53,327 bases of DNA from a virus (taxonomy: Duplodnaviria; Caudoviricetes), in IMG/VR virus record IMGVR_UViG_3300025413_000034, positions 1-53,327 of that record; one strand, written 5' to 3'. Within the stretch, counting starts at the first letter, position 1. The number at the start of each line of letters is the position of its first letter. Under the pieces are notes generated by a model. It ran no database searches, had not been told where the DNA came from, and saw only the letters and a list, made by a program, of their open reading frames with translations. Shown here piece after piece: positions 36,886 through 45,722 of the stretch. Both the position numbers and the translations under genes were made by a program.

Positions 36886-37137
36886 ATGAAAGTCAGAGAT
36901 TTAATCGAGCAGTTAAATCGAGATCTCAAGCCAGATGATCAGATTATCGTGGCGTACTGGGATAAGGCAACAGTCGAGCAGTATGCAGAAGTAACTCTCA
37001 CCGATGATCAATGGACTGACATAGTTGCAGAGCAAGATTCGTATGAGGCAATCGATCTCGAACGCTTCGGTGAAACTCTGCAGGAAATTGCATCAGAAGT
37101 CGGTCAGTCAATCGATGAGGAGTCAGAAGATGATTGA
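36886..37137 (+). CDS. Highly acidic small protein
   Basis: 83 aa with about 25 Asp/Glu. Confidence 0.65.
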   Translation: MKVRDLIEQLNRDLKPDDQIIVAYWDKATVEQYAEVTLTDDQWTDIVAEQDSYEAIDLERFGETLQEIASEVGQSIDEESEDD

Positions 37138-37333
37138 TCTATTCCTCAACACCAATGACGGCAGGTGGGTGCTTCATGCAACTAACTGCTCATGCAAGCG
37201 CACACGCAAAGATCGTGATCTCGATCTTGAAGGTAGATTCGAGTCGTTGCAAGATGCCCAGAAGGTCTGGGAGAACCGCAACGAGTCAGGTGTTACCGAG
37301 CACTTCTGTACAGACCTAAGGAGCAAGCAATGA
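37130..37333 (+). CDS. Hypothetical protein
   Basis: GAGGAG RBS before ATG 37130. Confidence 0.5.
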   Translation: MIDLFLNTNDGRWVLHATNCSCKRTRKDRDLDLEGRFESLQDAQKVWENRNESGVTEHFCTDLRSKQ

Positions 37334-37485
37334 ACGATAAAGGCTTCCAGCATGACTTCGGGGCAGACGAATGGACATACCAATGCTCTGCCTGCGGAGT
37401 CATGCTCTACGCACCCACGCTCTACGAGATGCAGGAGGCATTACCACTCCACACCAAAGGTAAGGACTGCTTAGGAGGCTATTAA

Positions 37486-37743
37486 GTGCAATCGCCATAT
37501 GACGGCACGCAACTCTGTGCTCAAGTAGACCCAGAGGTATTCTTCCCCAATAACAACTTCGAGATTCGAAGAGACATTCAGACTGCAATCAAGATCTGCA
37601 GACAGTGTCCGCTACTCAATCAGTGCGCTGAGTATGCCCAGAGCCAGCCCTATCTCTACGGAATATGGGGAGGCAAGATGTACTACGGAGATACATATGT
37701 CTCCTCAATCTATGTATCCAGAAATAAACGAAAGGTGGCGTGA
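37486..37743 (+). CDS. whiB: WhiB-family transcription factor
   Basis: CAQVDPEVFFP...CRQCP....C....LYGIWGG. Confidence 0.92.
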   Translation: MQSPYDGTQLCAQVDPEVFFPNNNFEIRRDIQTAIKICRQCPLLNQCAEYAQSQPYLYGIWGGKMYYGDTYVSSIYVSRNKRKVA

Positions 37744-38213
37744 TGAAGTCAAAGACAACTAAGAAGTGTTTTGCCTGTAACCGATACAAGGGCAGACATC
37801 TCTTCAACCGCAACAGTGCCAGACCAGACAAACTGCAGACCCAGTGCAGATCGTGCCAGAAGAAGTCGAGTTACGATCACTACACCGACAACCACAAGGT
37901 CATGATCAAGCAGACAAAGATCGCCAAATCAAAGAGGCGTGCAGTACTGCAGGCGTACATCGCTGAGTACAAGTCAGAGAACCCATGCGTGGACTGTGGC
38001 AACGCAGACATCAGAGGGCTCGACTTCGATCATGTCAGAGGGCGCAAGTCATTCGACATCTCTCTCGGCATTCAAGAGGGTATCTCACTGATCAAACTGC
38101 AGAAGGAGATCGGCAAGTGTGTGGTGCGCTGTGCCTATTGCCACAAGATCAGAACCAGCAAGAAGAATAAAGACTACTTACATAAGTATGTAAAGACAGG
38201 AAAGGTGAAGTAA
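37740..38213 (+). CDS. HNH endonuclease
   Basis: CVDCG, LDFDHVRG and KCVVRCAYCHKIRT; N-terminal CxxC pairs. Confidence 0.8.
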   Translation: MMKSKTTKKCFACNRYKGRHLFNRNSARPDKLQTQCRSCQKKSSYDHYTDNHKVMIKQTKIAKSKRRAVLQAYIAEYKSENPCVDCGNADIRGLDFDHVRGRKSFDISLGIQEGISLIKLQKEIGKCVVRCAYCHKIRTSKKNKDYLHKYVKTGKVK

Positions 38214-38378
38214 ATGGGCTATGCCGAAATCATCAGAGTCAACCCAGAAGATCTAGATCTCTGTGACTCTTGCAATCAGAAGGGGCGTATCGCCTCTGGT
38301 CACACAATCCATAACAATGAAGGTGAACGCATGATCTTCATCTGCTTCAACTGCAAACAGAATATAAAGGGGTAATAC

Positions 38379-38720
38379 ATGAGCCAGAACATCGTAGAAC
38401 TACGCAAGTCAATCCTCATCGCCAGCGAATTCATCAAGGTGGCGCGTGGGTTCAAGGTCGAGTCAGAACGACCAGACGGACTACCGCCAGAGGTCAAGGA
38501 GTATCTAGCCAACGATCATCTCGATCGCGTACTAGCGGAGAATGATATCGAGCCAGAGATGATCATCTGGGGTCTGATGAAGATCATCGAGATCTTGCTG
38601 GGATACACAGATCAGTCAGTTGATGATCTGACTGCGACCTTAGACAGATTCATTACCTATCTAGATTCTCAGGAGGGAGGCGAGTATGAAGATCAATCGA
38701 AAGAAGGTGAAACTAATTGA
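38379..38720 (+). CDS. Hypothetical protein
   Basis: 113 aa ORF. Confidence 0.6.
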   Translation: MSQNIVELRKSILIASEFIKVARGFKVESERPDGLPPEVKEYLANDHLDRVLAENDIEPEMIIWGLMKIIEILLGYTDQSVDDLTATLDRFITYLDSQEGGEYEDQSKEGETN

Positions 38721-38899
38721 GCGAATGGCTTACCTATACAGACATCGCCAAATTGTCGGGTCTCAAGTACGACACGATATACAGGCATCGAAAGCGAAAC
38801 ACCCTTCCAGAGCCAGATCTACAGATCGGCAACAAGCCCCTCTGGAGTAAGTCAACGATCGATACATGGATAACCAAACGAGAGAGCAAGGGGAACTAA
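38717..38899 (+). CDS. Excisionase/AlpA-like HTH DNA-binding protein
   Basis: LTYTDIAKLSGLKYDTIY...LPEPD..IG..PLW. Confidence 0.8.
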   Translation: MSEWLTYTDIAKLSGLKYDTIYRHRKRNTLPEPDLQIGNKPLWSKSTIDTWITKRESKGN

Positions 38900-39118
38900 T
38901 GGCGAGAAGCGCGAGCAAGTACGAGATCGATGTAACAGTTATGTCTGACCGCATCGTGGTCAACCTCACCGACAAGAAGGAGAGGACTGTCGCAGTCGGC
39001 AGTGGAGTCACGATCGTGGAGGCATTCACCGATGCCTACGATCTCATCACCACTCAGGTAGTGGAAGTCTAAGCACCCAAAGGTTGATTCGCCTACAGTC
39101 CATGTGTAATTAGGTATG

Positions 39119-39149
39119 CCCCCAGATCTCGGTCTGGGGGTTTTTATTT
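39119..39149 (+). terminator. Rho-independent terminator
   Basis: CCCCAGA-loop-TCTGGGG followed by TTTTTATTT. Confidence 0.8.
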
Positions 39150-39159
39150 GACTAACTTC

Positions 39160-39190
39160 CTACTGGTGAGTAAGGTTACTTTCCAGTAAC
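39160..39190. promoter_or_regulatory. Tandem inverted-repeat operator-like sites upstream of the integrase
   Basis: TACT-ggtg-AGTA and GTTACT-ttcc-AGTAAC. Confidence 0.45.
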
Positions 39191-39210
39191 ACACTCTGAG
39201 GGGGTGGATT

Positions 39211-40488
39211 ATGGCTTATGTAGTACAACGCGGTAAGCGGTTTACCGCCTATTATCGAGTCAACGGCAAACGGCTCTCTGCTGGCACATGGGATTCCTAT
39301 GCTCAGGCTGAGGCTTCGGGTATGCGTGCTGAGGTTCTGGGCGTTAGCGAGCCTTCTGAGGCTGATTCCAGCCTATCTGATTACTTCGACAAGTGGATTC
39401 AAACGGCTGATCTCATGCCGATCACTAAGAAGAACTACGCCATGACCTTTCGAACTTATGTTCGAGATCGCCTAGGCTCAAACCAAGTAACTTCCATCTC
39501 CACCCGCCAGATTCGAAAGTTACTTAATGACCTCCGACTAGAGGGAGTCAAGCCAGCCACTCTGGGTCAGGTCAAGGCGTGCCTAGGGTCAGCCTTCGCC
39601 TCTCTCGTGGAGAGTGAGGAGATCTCGGTCAATCCCACCCATGGCATCAAGGTCAGGGTCAACCAGCCAGATCTCCACAATGTCCTTGAGCCTGCCGACT
39701 TCAAGAAGATACTAAGTAACTTGCCTGAAAACGGGGCCTCAGGTGCGAAGTTACTTGCCAAGATGCTCGTGATCTCTGGGGCTCGCTTCGGTGAGGCTAC
39801 GGAACTTCGGGTCAAGGACTTCGACTTCAACTCTGGGGAAGTCTTTATCCAGAGAAGAGTGAGCGAATTGGGCAAATCCTACAATTCTGGGGAGCGATTC
39901 AAGGTGATCGATGCCACCAAGTCAGGCAGAAAACGCTCTGTAACCCTCTCTAAAGCCCTATTACAAGAGATTCAGGACTATGTCCTTGCTAATTCGCTGC
40001 GGAAAGATGACCTGCTCTTCCCGATCTCGATAGTATTAACGGCAGGTAAACTAGAACCTTCACGCGAGCAGGACACTCTGGGGCAGTACGCCTTAGGGGG
40101 AAAACGCTTCAAGCATGGAACGCTCTACTCCTATACCCATGGGGGTTGCCGATGCCAAGCCTGTAGCCAGACGAGACGAGAGTATCGGAAGGCTAAGGGC
40201 AAGGCTGAGGGTAGGCAGACCATGACCTACGAAACAAGCCACTTACCGCGTGGAGTATGGAGAAATACATGGAACAAAGCAATAGCCAAATCAGGAATTG
40301 GCTGGACTCCTAGAACTCACGATCTCCGTCATGCCAACGCTACCCAGTTACTAAAAAATGGGGTAGATGTACATGAGGTCAAAGAGAGACTAGGTCACCA
40401 GTCAATTAAGACTACGGAGCGGTACTTACACCGCCTCCGTCACCAGCAGTCAACGGCAGGAGAACTCGCCAATGACTTTATGGAGTGA
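39211..40488 (+). CDS. int: Tyrosine integrase/recombinase
   Basis: GARFGE, TKSG, HDLRH, LGH and TERY catalytic residues; N-terminal arm- and core-binding domains. Confidence 0.92.
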   Translation: MAYVVQRGKRFTAYYRVNGKRLSAGTWDSYAQAEASGMRAEVLGVSEPSEADSSLSDYFDKWIQTADLMPITKKNYAMTFRTYVRDRLGSNQVTSISTRQIRKLLNDLRLEGVKPATLGQVKACLGSAFASLVESEEISVNPTHGIKVRVNQPDLHNVLEPADFKKILSNLPENGASGAKLLAKMLVISGARFGEATELRVKDFDFNSGEVFIQRRVSELGKSYNSGERFKVIDATKSGRKRSVTLSKALLQEIQDYVLANSLRKDDLLFPISIVLTAGKLEPSREQDTLGQYALGGKRFKHGTLYSYTHGGCRCQACSQTRREYRKAKGKAEGRQTMTYETSHLPRGVWRNTWNKAIAKSGIGWTPRTHDLRHANATQLLKNGVDVHEVKERLGHQSIKTTERYLHRLRHQQSTAGELANDFME

Positions 40489-40495
40489 TGAAACT

Positions 40496-41053
40496 ATGAA
40501 AGCAATATCAAAAATACGGGTGATGTTGGGAACTATCTCAGTATCAGCAGTAATACTGGCGGTCATGCTAGGGCTCTCAGCCCCAGCCATAGCCCCTAGT
40601 AAGGCAGAAGCCCAGACGCTCATCTTGAAGCGGTTTCAGAATGCCACAGTCCTTCCACCGAAGGATTTGGTCACTCTGCTAAGCGCGGTCGGATTTAAGG
40701 GTCAATCCTTGAAGTATGCGTGGGCGGTAGCCATGAAAGAATCACATGGAAATGCGCTTGATTACAATGGAAATGTCCATACAGGAGATCACTCCTATGG
40801 CTTATTCCAGATCAATATGCTGGGTTCAATGGGCGCAGATAGACGAACCTACTTCGGTTTAGCGTACAACGCTCAACTGCTAAATCCTGTGACCAATGCC
40901 CAGATTGCTTATCACATGAGCAACGCAGGCAGAGATTGGAGTGCATGGCATGGAACCAATACTTCGGTAGTGCAGTACTGGCTAACGAAGTACCCATACA
41001 AAGCCACATCAAAGGTACACAAAGCAAAGGCAAAGCCTAAGAAGAAGCAATAG
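40496..41053 (+). CDS. Secreted lysozyme-like/lytic transglycosylase
   Basis: Signal peptide; AMKES, SYGLFQIN, LLNPVTNA and WSAW. Confidence 0.85.
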   Translation: MKAISKIRVMLGTISVSAVILAVMLGLSAPAIAPSKAEAQTLILKRFQNATVLPPKDLVTLLSAVGFKGQSLKYAWAVAMKESHGNALDYNGNVHTGDHSYGLFQINMLGSMGADRRTYFGLAYNAQLLNPVTNAQIAYHMSNAGRDWSAWHGTNTSVVQYWLTKYPYKATSKVHKAKAKPKKKQ

Positions 41054-41095
41054 CAGGAGCACGAGAGCCCCTCGAAAGAGGGGCATCTCATAGAA

Positions 41096-41494
41096 ATGGA
41101 GCATAAGATGCCAAGTACAGGCGATAACAATTACTACGAGTGGAAAAGAAAACGCCAAGAGGTAGAGAGCAAAGTCAAAGGCTCATGGGTGCAAGACGAG
41201 TTGCCGTACCATGCAAAGCCACACCAGTATTCCAAAGAAGATTTCTATAGCCAAGTATCAAAAGCCAATAGCCTTACCAAGAGCGAGTTTGAAGAGTTAT
41301 TCTGGAAGCATCTGGTCAAGATAGGTTGGCGAATTGATGATCAGCACATCGCACTGATCTGCCAAGAGTGTGACCTACTTCTGCTATCTATCCCTATTAA
41401 GTCGATCAATCAAGCAGCAGATACGAAGGTCTCGTATCTAAAGAATCCGACAAAGCATCTGCAGAAGCACGATAAGTTCTGTATAAAAGAATAG
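41096..41494 (+). CDS. Hypothetical protein
   Basis: 132 aa with CxxC...H. Confidence 0.5.
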   Translation: MEHKMPSTGDNNYYEWKRKRQEVESKVKGSWVQDELPYHAKPHQYSKEDFYSQVSKANSLTKSEFEELFWKHLVKIGWRIDDQHIALICQECDLLLLSIPIKSINQAADTKVSYLKNPTKHLQKHDKFCIKE

Positions 41495-41537
41495 CCCCTA
41501 CAGTAATTACACTGTAGAGGCTCTTCCAAAGCATTGC

Positions 41538-43553
41538 CTACTGATTGTCTTTGATCAACTTCACTTCGCAGGCATCGGTGGTGCAGTAAGCCTCACCAAT
41601 AGCATCAGCAGCCATACCAGCGTAGACACCAGAGAAGTCGATAGGCATCAAAGTCATACGAGCCTGCTCGTACTCTTCCTCGGTGATCTGGGTGTAAGGC
41701 ATCTGAGGATAGACATCGCTCATCATAGGCAAGAATGAGACAGTCTTTAGTTGTCCGTCATACATATGCAAAGCCGTACCAATAGATGAAGCCTCGGTTG
41801 CTGGATCAAAAGACACAGTGACAGATACAGAGTTATCTGACCAGTAGCGTTGAGCCGTAGCAGCGAGTGCCATCTTCTCGTAGATACTTACATCCTTCTC
41901 ACTTCTGCGTGCGCCACTCTTCACTGGGAAGTAGACAACGCAGGTGTTCTCTGGATCTTCATTGGCAGGTTCTACTTTGTAGTTAGCCATCTTGAAGAGA
42001 GGAAGCATTGGGTCAGTAGTACGGAAGCGGATAGCGCGATTGAAGAAAGCACCACCAACAGTCCAGTGAACTCCTGGGCTCTCACCAGCAAGGATAGAGA
42101 CAGTTCCACTTGGCTTCACTGTCGTCATCTTGATTGACTCACGAATGCCGAGCCACTCAGAGTAAGACTTATCATAAGCCTTGATGACTTCATAGCCAGA
42201 GTCCATCCACTGACGAAGCACAGGCAAGCCCTTGATGTCTGCAAAGTTAGCAACACCAGAGACAGATGTACCGATGCGACGATTGCGTTGCATGATTGCA
42301 TTCGTCTCTTCCCAGTGGGTAGGAAGAAGAGTTACAGTCTTGGCATAGAGATAAGCAAACTTCAATGTGCGCTTGAAGTCATCGAGATCAGTGTGGCGAT
42401 TCAAGTAAGTCTCAACCAGAGTACAGCACTCGTATGATTCAAGAGACTGCTCAGCACATGGGTTATACCCAGCGATGCGCCAGTCCTTGTTATTGATTGG
42501 GTCAGCAAGTCGACCATACTGGCGAGAGACATCCATCCAGATGACCCCAGGCTCACCATTGCGAGAGATGCCCTCGATGATGCCGTCGAGATTCTGTCCA
42601 ACAGATACCTCTACGGAGTTGTTAGACATCCAGCCATAAGCCATACGATCTGGGTTCTTCTCGTAGTTCTTGAGGTCAAGGAACTCTTGATCGTCAAGTC
42701 GACCCATGAGAAGTTCTGCTGAACGGCGCACGTTGCCAGAGACAACACAGACACCAATCAGGTTACCGATGTCAGCAATATCGCGGCGAGTAAGTAACTG
42801 TCCACCACGGCCCGTGAACATAGAAGTTACTTGTCCATGTAACTTGATTAGTGGATCTGGCCCTGCGGCAGTTCCTCCGAAGATCTTGATTGGCTCTCCT
42901 GCTGGGCGGATGAGCGAGTAATCAAAGATTGGGCTCTTCGTATCTGGCTTAAGGTAACTATTGATGAGGGCGGAGGTTGATTCGACCCAGCCTTCACGAG
43001 TATCTGGGATGACATAGGCTTCACCTGCTTGTGGCTCATAGATCTTGAACTCCTTATCTGCTCCTTTATCATCGAAGCCAACGCCCACTCCGAGCATGGA
43101 GGCTTCCATAAGAAATGCGAATGGCTTGGCTGGGTCTGTCTTGGTCATTGAACCAGTAGAGACGAAGGCGCAGTTCTGCAATGCGGCTGAGTTGCGCTGC
43201 TCGTTGACGAGAGGCGTACCCATGACCCACAAGCCACGACCTGGAGGTGTCCACTTCAACTCGAAGAGTCGATCGAATGCCTCCTTAGCCGATGCTGCTG
43301 CCTTGGCATCAGACCATGGCAAGCGGTTTAACTTGGCGTGATCTTTCTGCAGAGAGTACATCCCATTGATGACTCGCTCGCAGACATCAACCCACGTCTC
43401 CTTCGTACCATCTGCCTTGAGGCGCGAATAGGTACGGAGGTAAGTGATCTCACCTACCGAGTTGCCAGCCGCATCTTGATAACCAAATGGCGCCTTCTTT
43501 GCCTTGTATGAAGCGACAAAGTCGTCAGCCAATTTGAATGAAAATAATGACAT
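41538..43553 (-). CDS. nrdJ: Class II (adenosylcobalamin-dependent) ribonucleotide reductase
   Basis: PPGRGLW, NCAFV, NVRRSA, NPCAEQ, TVKPSGT and C-terminal CTTDAC. Confidence 0.92.
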   Translation of the reverse strand: MSLFSFKLADDFVASYKAKKAPFGYQDAAGNSVGEITYLRTYSRLKADGTKETWVDVCERVINGMYSLQKDHAKLNRLPWSDAKAAASAKEAFDRLFELKWTPPGRGLWVMGTPLVNEQRNSAALQNCAFVSTGSMTKTDPAKPFAFLMEASMLGVGVGFDDKGADKEFKIYEPQAGEAYVIPDTREGWVESTSALINSYLKPDTKSPIFDYSLIRPAGEPIKIFGGTAAGPDPLIKLHGQVTSMFTGRGGQLLTRRDIADIGNLIGVCVVSGNVRRSAELLMGRLDDQEFLDLKNYEKNPDRMAYGWMSNNSVEVSVGQNLDGIIEGISRNGEPGVIWMDVSRQYGRLADPINNKDWRIAGYNPCAEQSLESYECCTLVETYLNRHTDLDDFKRTLKFAYLYAKTVTLLPTHWEETNAIMQRNRRIGTSVSGVANFADIKGLPVLRQWMDSGYEVIKAYDKSYSEWLGIRESIKMTTVKPSGTVSILAGESPGVHWTVGGAFFNRAIRFRTTDPMLPLFKMANYKVEPANEDPENTCVVYFPVKSGARRSEKDVSIYEKMALAATAQRYWSDNSVSVTVSFDPATEASSIGTALHMYDGQLKTVSFLPMMSDVYPQMPYTQITEEEYEQARMTLMPIDFSGVYAGMAADAIGEAYCTTDACEVKLIKDNQ

Positions 43554-43726
43554 TGATATACCCTATTTCTCTACTTGTTGAAATACCCCACTGATTTTGA
43601 GTTCCCTATTGTGAGGGAATGAAACCTATCACGCACCTGCTAAGAAGCAAGTTTGACAAGTGCTTGGACAAAAGGGTAAACGACTACCCAGTTTCATACC
43701 TGTTAATACGCTGTTATCAGATAGTA

Positions 43727-45244
43727 CTATTCTTCGATAGACTGCTGAATAATTTTGGTAACAGATTCTTCCTTGAGCGTCTCTGGCAATTCTCGGAGGG
43801 CTTGAGCACGATCTCCGAAGATTGCGGAGAGCACACCACCCGATGATTGACGGCTTGCGGTTATCTGGATGAACTCTTTGTTCTGATCCATCTCATTGAC
43901 ATTGCCTACCAATTTAAGGAGGCGATCAATTTCTTGCGAGAGATTTGGATCGGCGTATCCACCATTCATTTCCTCAGCAAAACGCATAAAAGCCACTCTT
44001 TGACCCTGCATTTCAATAACTGCGGTGAGCAATGCCTTGAGTTGATCTTTGGTTTTTATCTCGACTGGCAGGTTAAAGGCGCACTGATTCTGTGGTTTGA
44101 ACGCTGGGCAGTTACTTGCAACGAAGCAGGTGTCGCACTGGCGAAGACTTGTCTGCTGGGTATGAACGACAGGAACATCTCGTAAGACATCCTTGCCATC
44201 GTCTCCAGTTTCAACGATCGTCTTGGTCTTGAATCCAAAAACTGGAAGATTCTGCATCTCTTCTGGTGCTCTTTCGACCACTTCTGTGCGCTCAACTTTC
44301 CGCACTTCAAGGTCACTGTTATCAGAAGGTGTACCCCCCAATTCCATCATTAACCCTGTATACAGGTCATCGCTGTTATCAGATACTACGTCCTTTTTAC
44401 CCCCATCAATGATGTGGAAGTTAGGCGGTTTCTTCTCCATAGCGGACTCCATCTGTAGGTATGACCAGACTGCAACTCTAGTCGATTCAAGGGTACTATC
44501 TTTAACAAACTCAGAATAGTCTAGCCCAGCACGATCAACAATGTTCTTGTATCGGATGCGTGCTTGGTCTTTCATGCGCTTGGGGTAACGCTTAATCTGC
44601 TTGCCATCCCAGACGATCGTCTCGCCTCTGCGCATGGGCGATAACCACGACAATGTGCTGGCAGAGCCAAATGGTATCTGTCTAAGGTTATCTGGCTTGG
44701 CACATCCTAGGGCGTGGAAGGTAGTTCCTGTCTGGCGGGCAAGCCCACGAGTTACTCCTGAAAGGTTAGTGACTGCCTCAATCTCGGCGTTCGGGATAAG
44801 TATGTTGGGATAGCGGCCCGCAAGTTCTCGTAAGTTACTTATGCGGTAGGACTCATGCCAGACCACCCATAACTTTGGGTCATGCTCAAAGAAAGGGCGT
44901 TGAGCCTCAATCCATTCCCTACCTAGTACCTGAGAATCAAACTCGTGGAAGGCTAGGGCGCGGTCTGCGTTGTTGACCACGAACTCCTGATACTCAGCGG
45001 CAAGGTCTAGCAACTCCTTGCGTGATAGCCCAGCCTTATCTGCCTGTGCCGCCCCTGACTCGATGATGACCTGAGTCTCTGGGGTAAAGTGCTCACTGAT
45101 CAGCCAGATCTTAGTCTTAGGCAACCCACGCTTACGAAGACCCCAGAAGTTGAGTCCCATTGACTCAACTTTCATACCTTCTAAGAGCGTGCGGTTAGAG
45201 CCTACCTCGGCTCCTGAGAATATGATCCTAGTCAGAGTATTCAC
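43727..45244 (-). CDS. Divergent TGT/TIM-barrel-like protein fused to a Cys-rich C-terminal domain
   Basis: IIESGA, VVWH and FHALG....L..IPF.S....SW echo TGT-like DSG/HxFG/SxDSSSW motifs; CDTC..C..C cluster; start uncertain. Confidence 0.45.
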   Translation of the reverse strand: MNTLTRIIFSGAEVGSNRTLLEGMKVESMGLNFWGLRKRGLPKTKIWLISEHFTPETQVIIESGAAQADKAGLSRKELLDLAAEYQEFVVNNADRALAFHEFDSQVLGREWIEAQRPFFEHDPKLWVVWHESYRISNLRELAGRYPNILIPNAEIEAVTNLSGVTRGLARQTGTTFHALGCAKPDNLRQIPFGSASTLSWLSPMRRGETIVWDGKQIKRYPKRMKDQARIRYKNIVDRAGLDYSEFVKDSTLESTRVAVWSYLQMESAMEKKPPNFHIIDGGKKDVVSDNSDDLYTGLMMELGGTPSDNSDLEVRKVERTEVVERAPEEMQNLPVFGFKTKTIVETGDDGKDVLRDVPVVHTQQTSLRQCDTCFVASNCPAFKPQNQCAFNLPVEIKTKDQLKALLTAVIEMQGQRVAFMRFAEEMNGGYADPNLSQEIDRLLKLVGNVNEMDQNKEFIQITASRQSSGGVLSAIFGDRAQALRELPETLKEESVTKIIQQSIEE

Positions 45245-45719
45245 CAATCTTGGTGTCTGGGCGTAGGCGATCAACGGAGCGTGCGATGTTGGCTCGGTTT
45301 ACTGCCTCTTCGATCTCTGCCCATGTGCGGTACGGCTTTGGTGCATCGGGGCGAGCCTCTACCTTGGCGTAAGAAGGATGCGAGAAGAGCAGGGTAGTCA
45401 CACGCTGCTGCTCAAAGACCCATGCACACATGGCAGGATCAGAATCTACATAGAGTTCTACAGGAGTCTGACTGCGACTCAACTTAAATTGGCGCTTCTT
45501 AAGTTCATCGCCTTCAATATGGACGGACTCAGTGACTAGATCGTCATAGCCAATAATTCCATGGCTAAAGAGCCACTGCTCTGCATCAGCCTTGGTGCGT
45601 GAGGTAATGAGGGCAACTCGGTTGCCGTTGTTCAGTGCATAGTAGAGAGCAACTCCTGAGCGAATTGGTTCTCCAGTATCCGAACTTAGTACCCCGTCTA
45701 GTGACAATATGATGTTCAC
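45228..45719 (-). CDS. HAD-fold protein
   Basis: LSLDGVL, ITSR and YVDSD; first catalytic Asp appears replaced by Ser. Confidence 0.6.
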   Translation of the reverse strand: MNIILSLDGVLSSDTGEPIRSGVALYYALNNGNRVALITSRTKADAEQWLFSHGIIGYDDLVTESVHIEGDELKKRQFKLSRSQTPVELYVDSDPAMCAWVFEQQRVTTLLFSHPSYAKVEARPDAPKPYRTWAEIEEAVNRANIARSVDRLRPDTKIGEYSD

Positions 45720-45722
45720 GAT

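Noticed and set aside
41538-43553. Intein or intron in the RNR or TerL genes
   Set aside because: Lengths are normal and no splicing motifs were seen
43554-43720. Cobalamin riboswitch or NrdR boxes upstream of nrdJ
   Set aside because: No B12 box or convincing tandem NrdR palindromes visible
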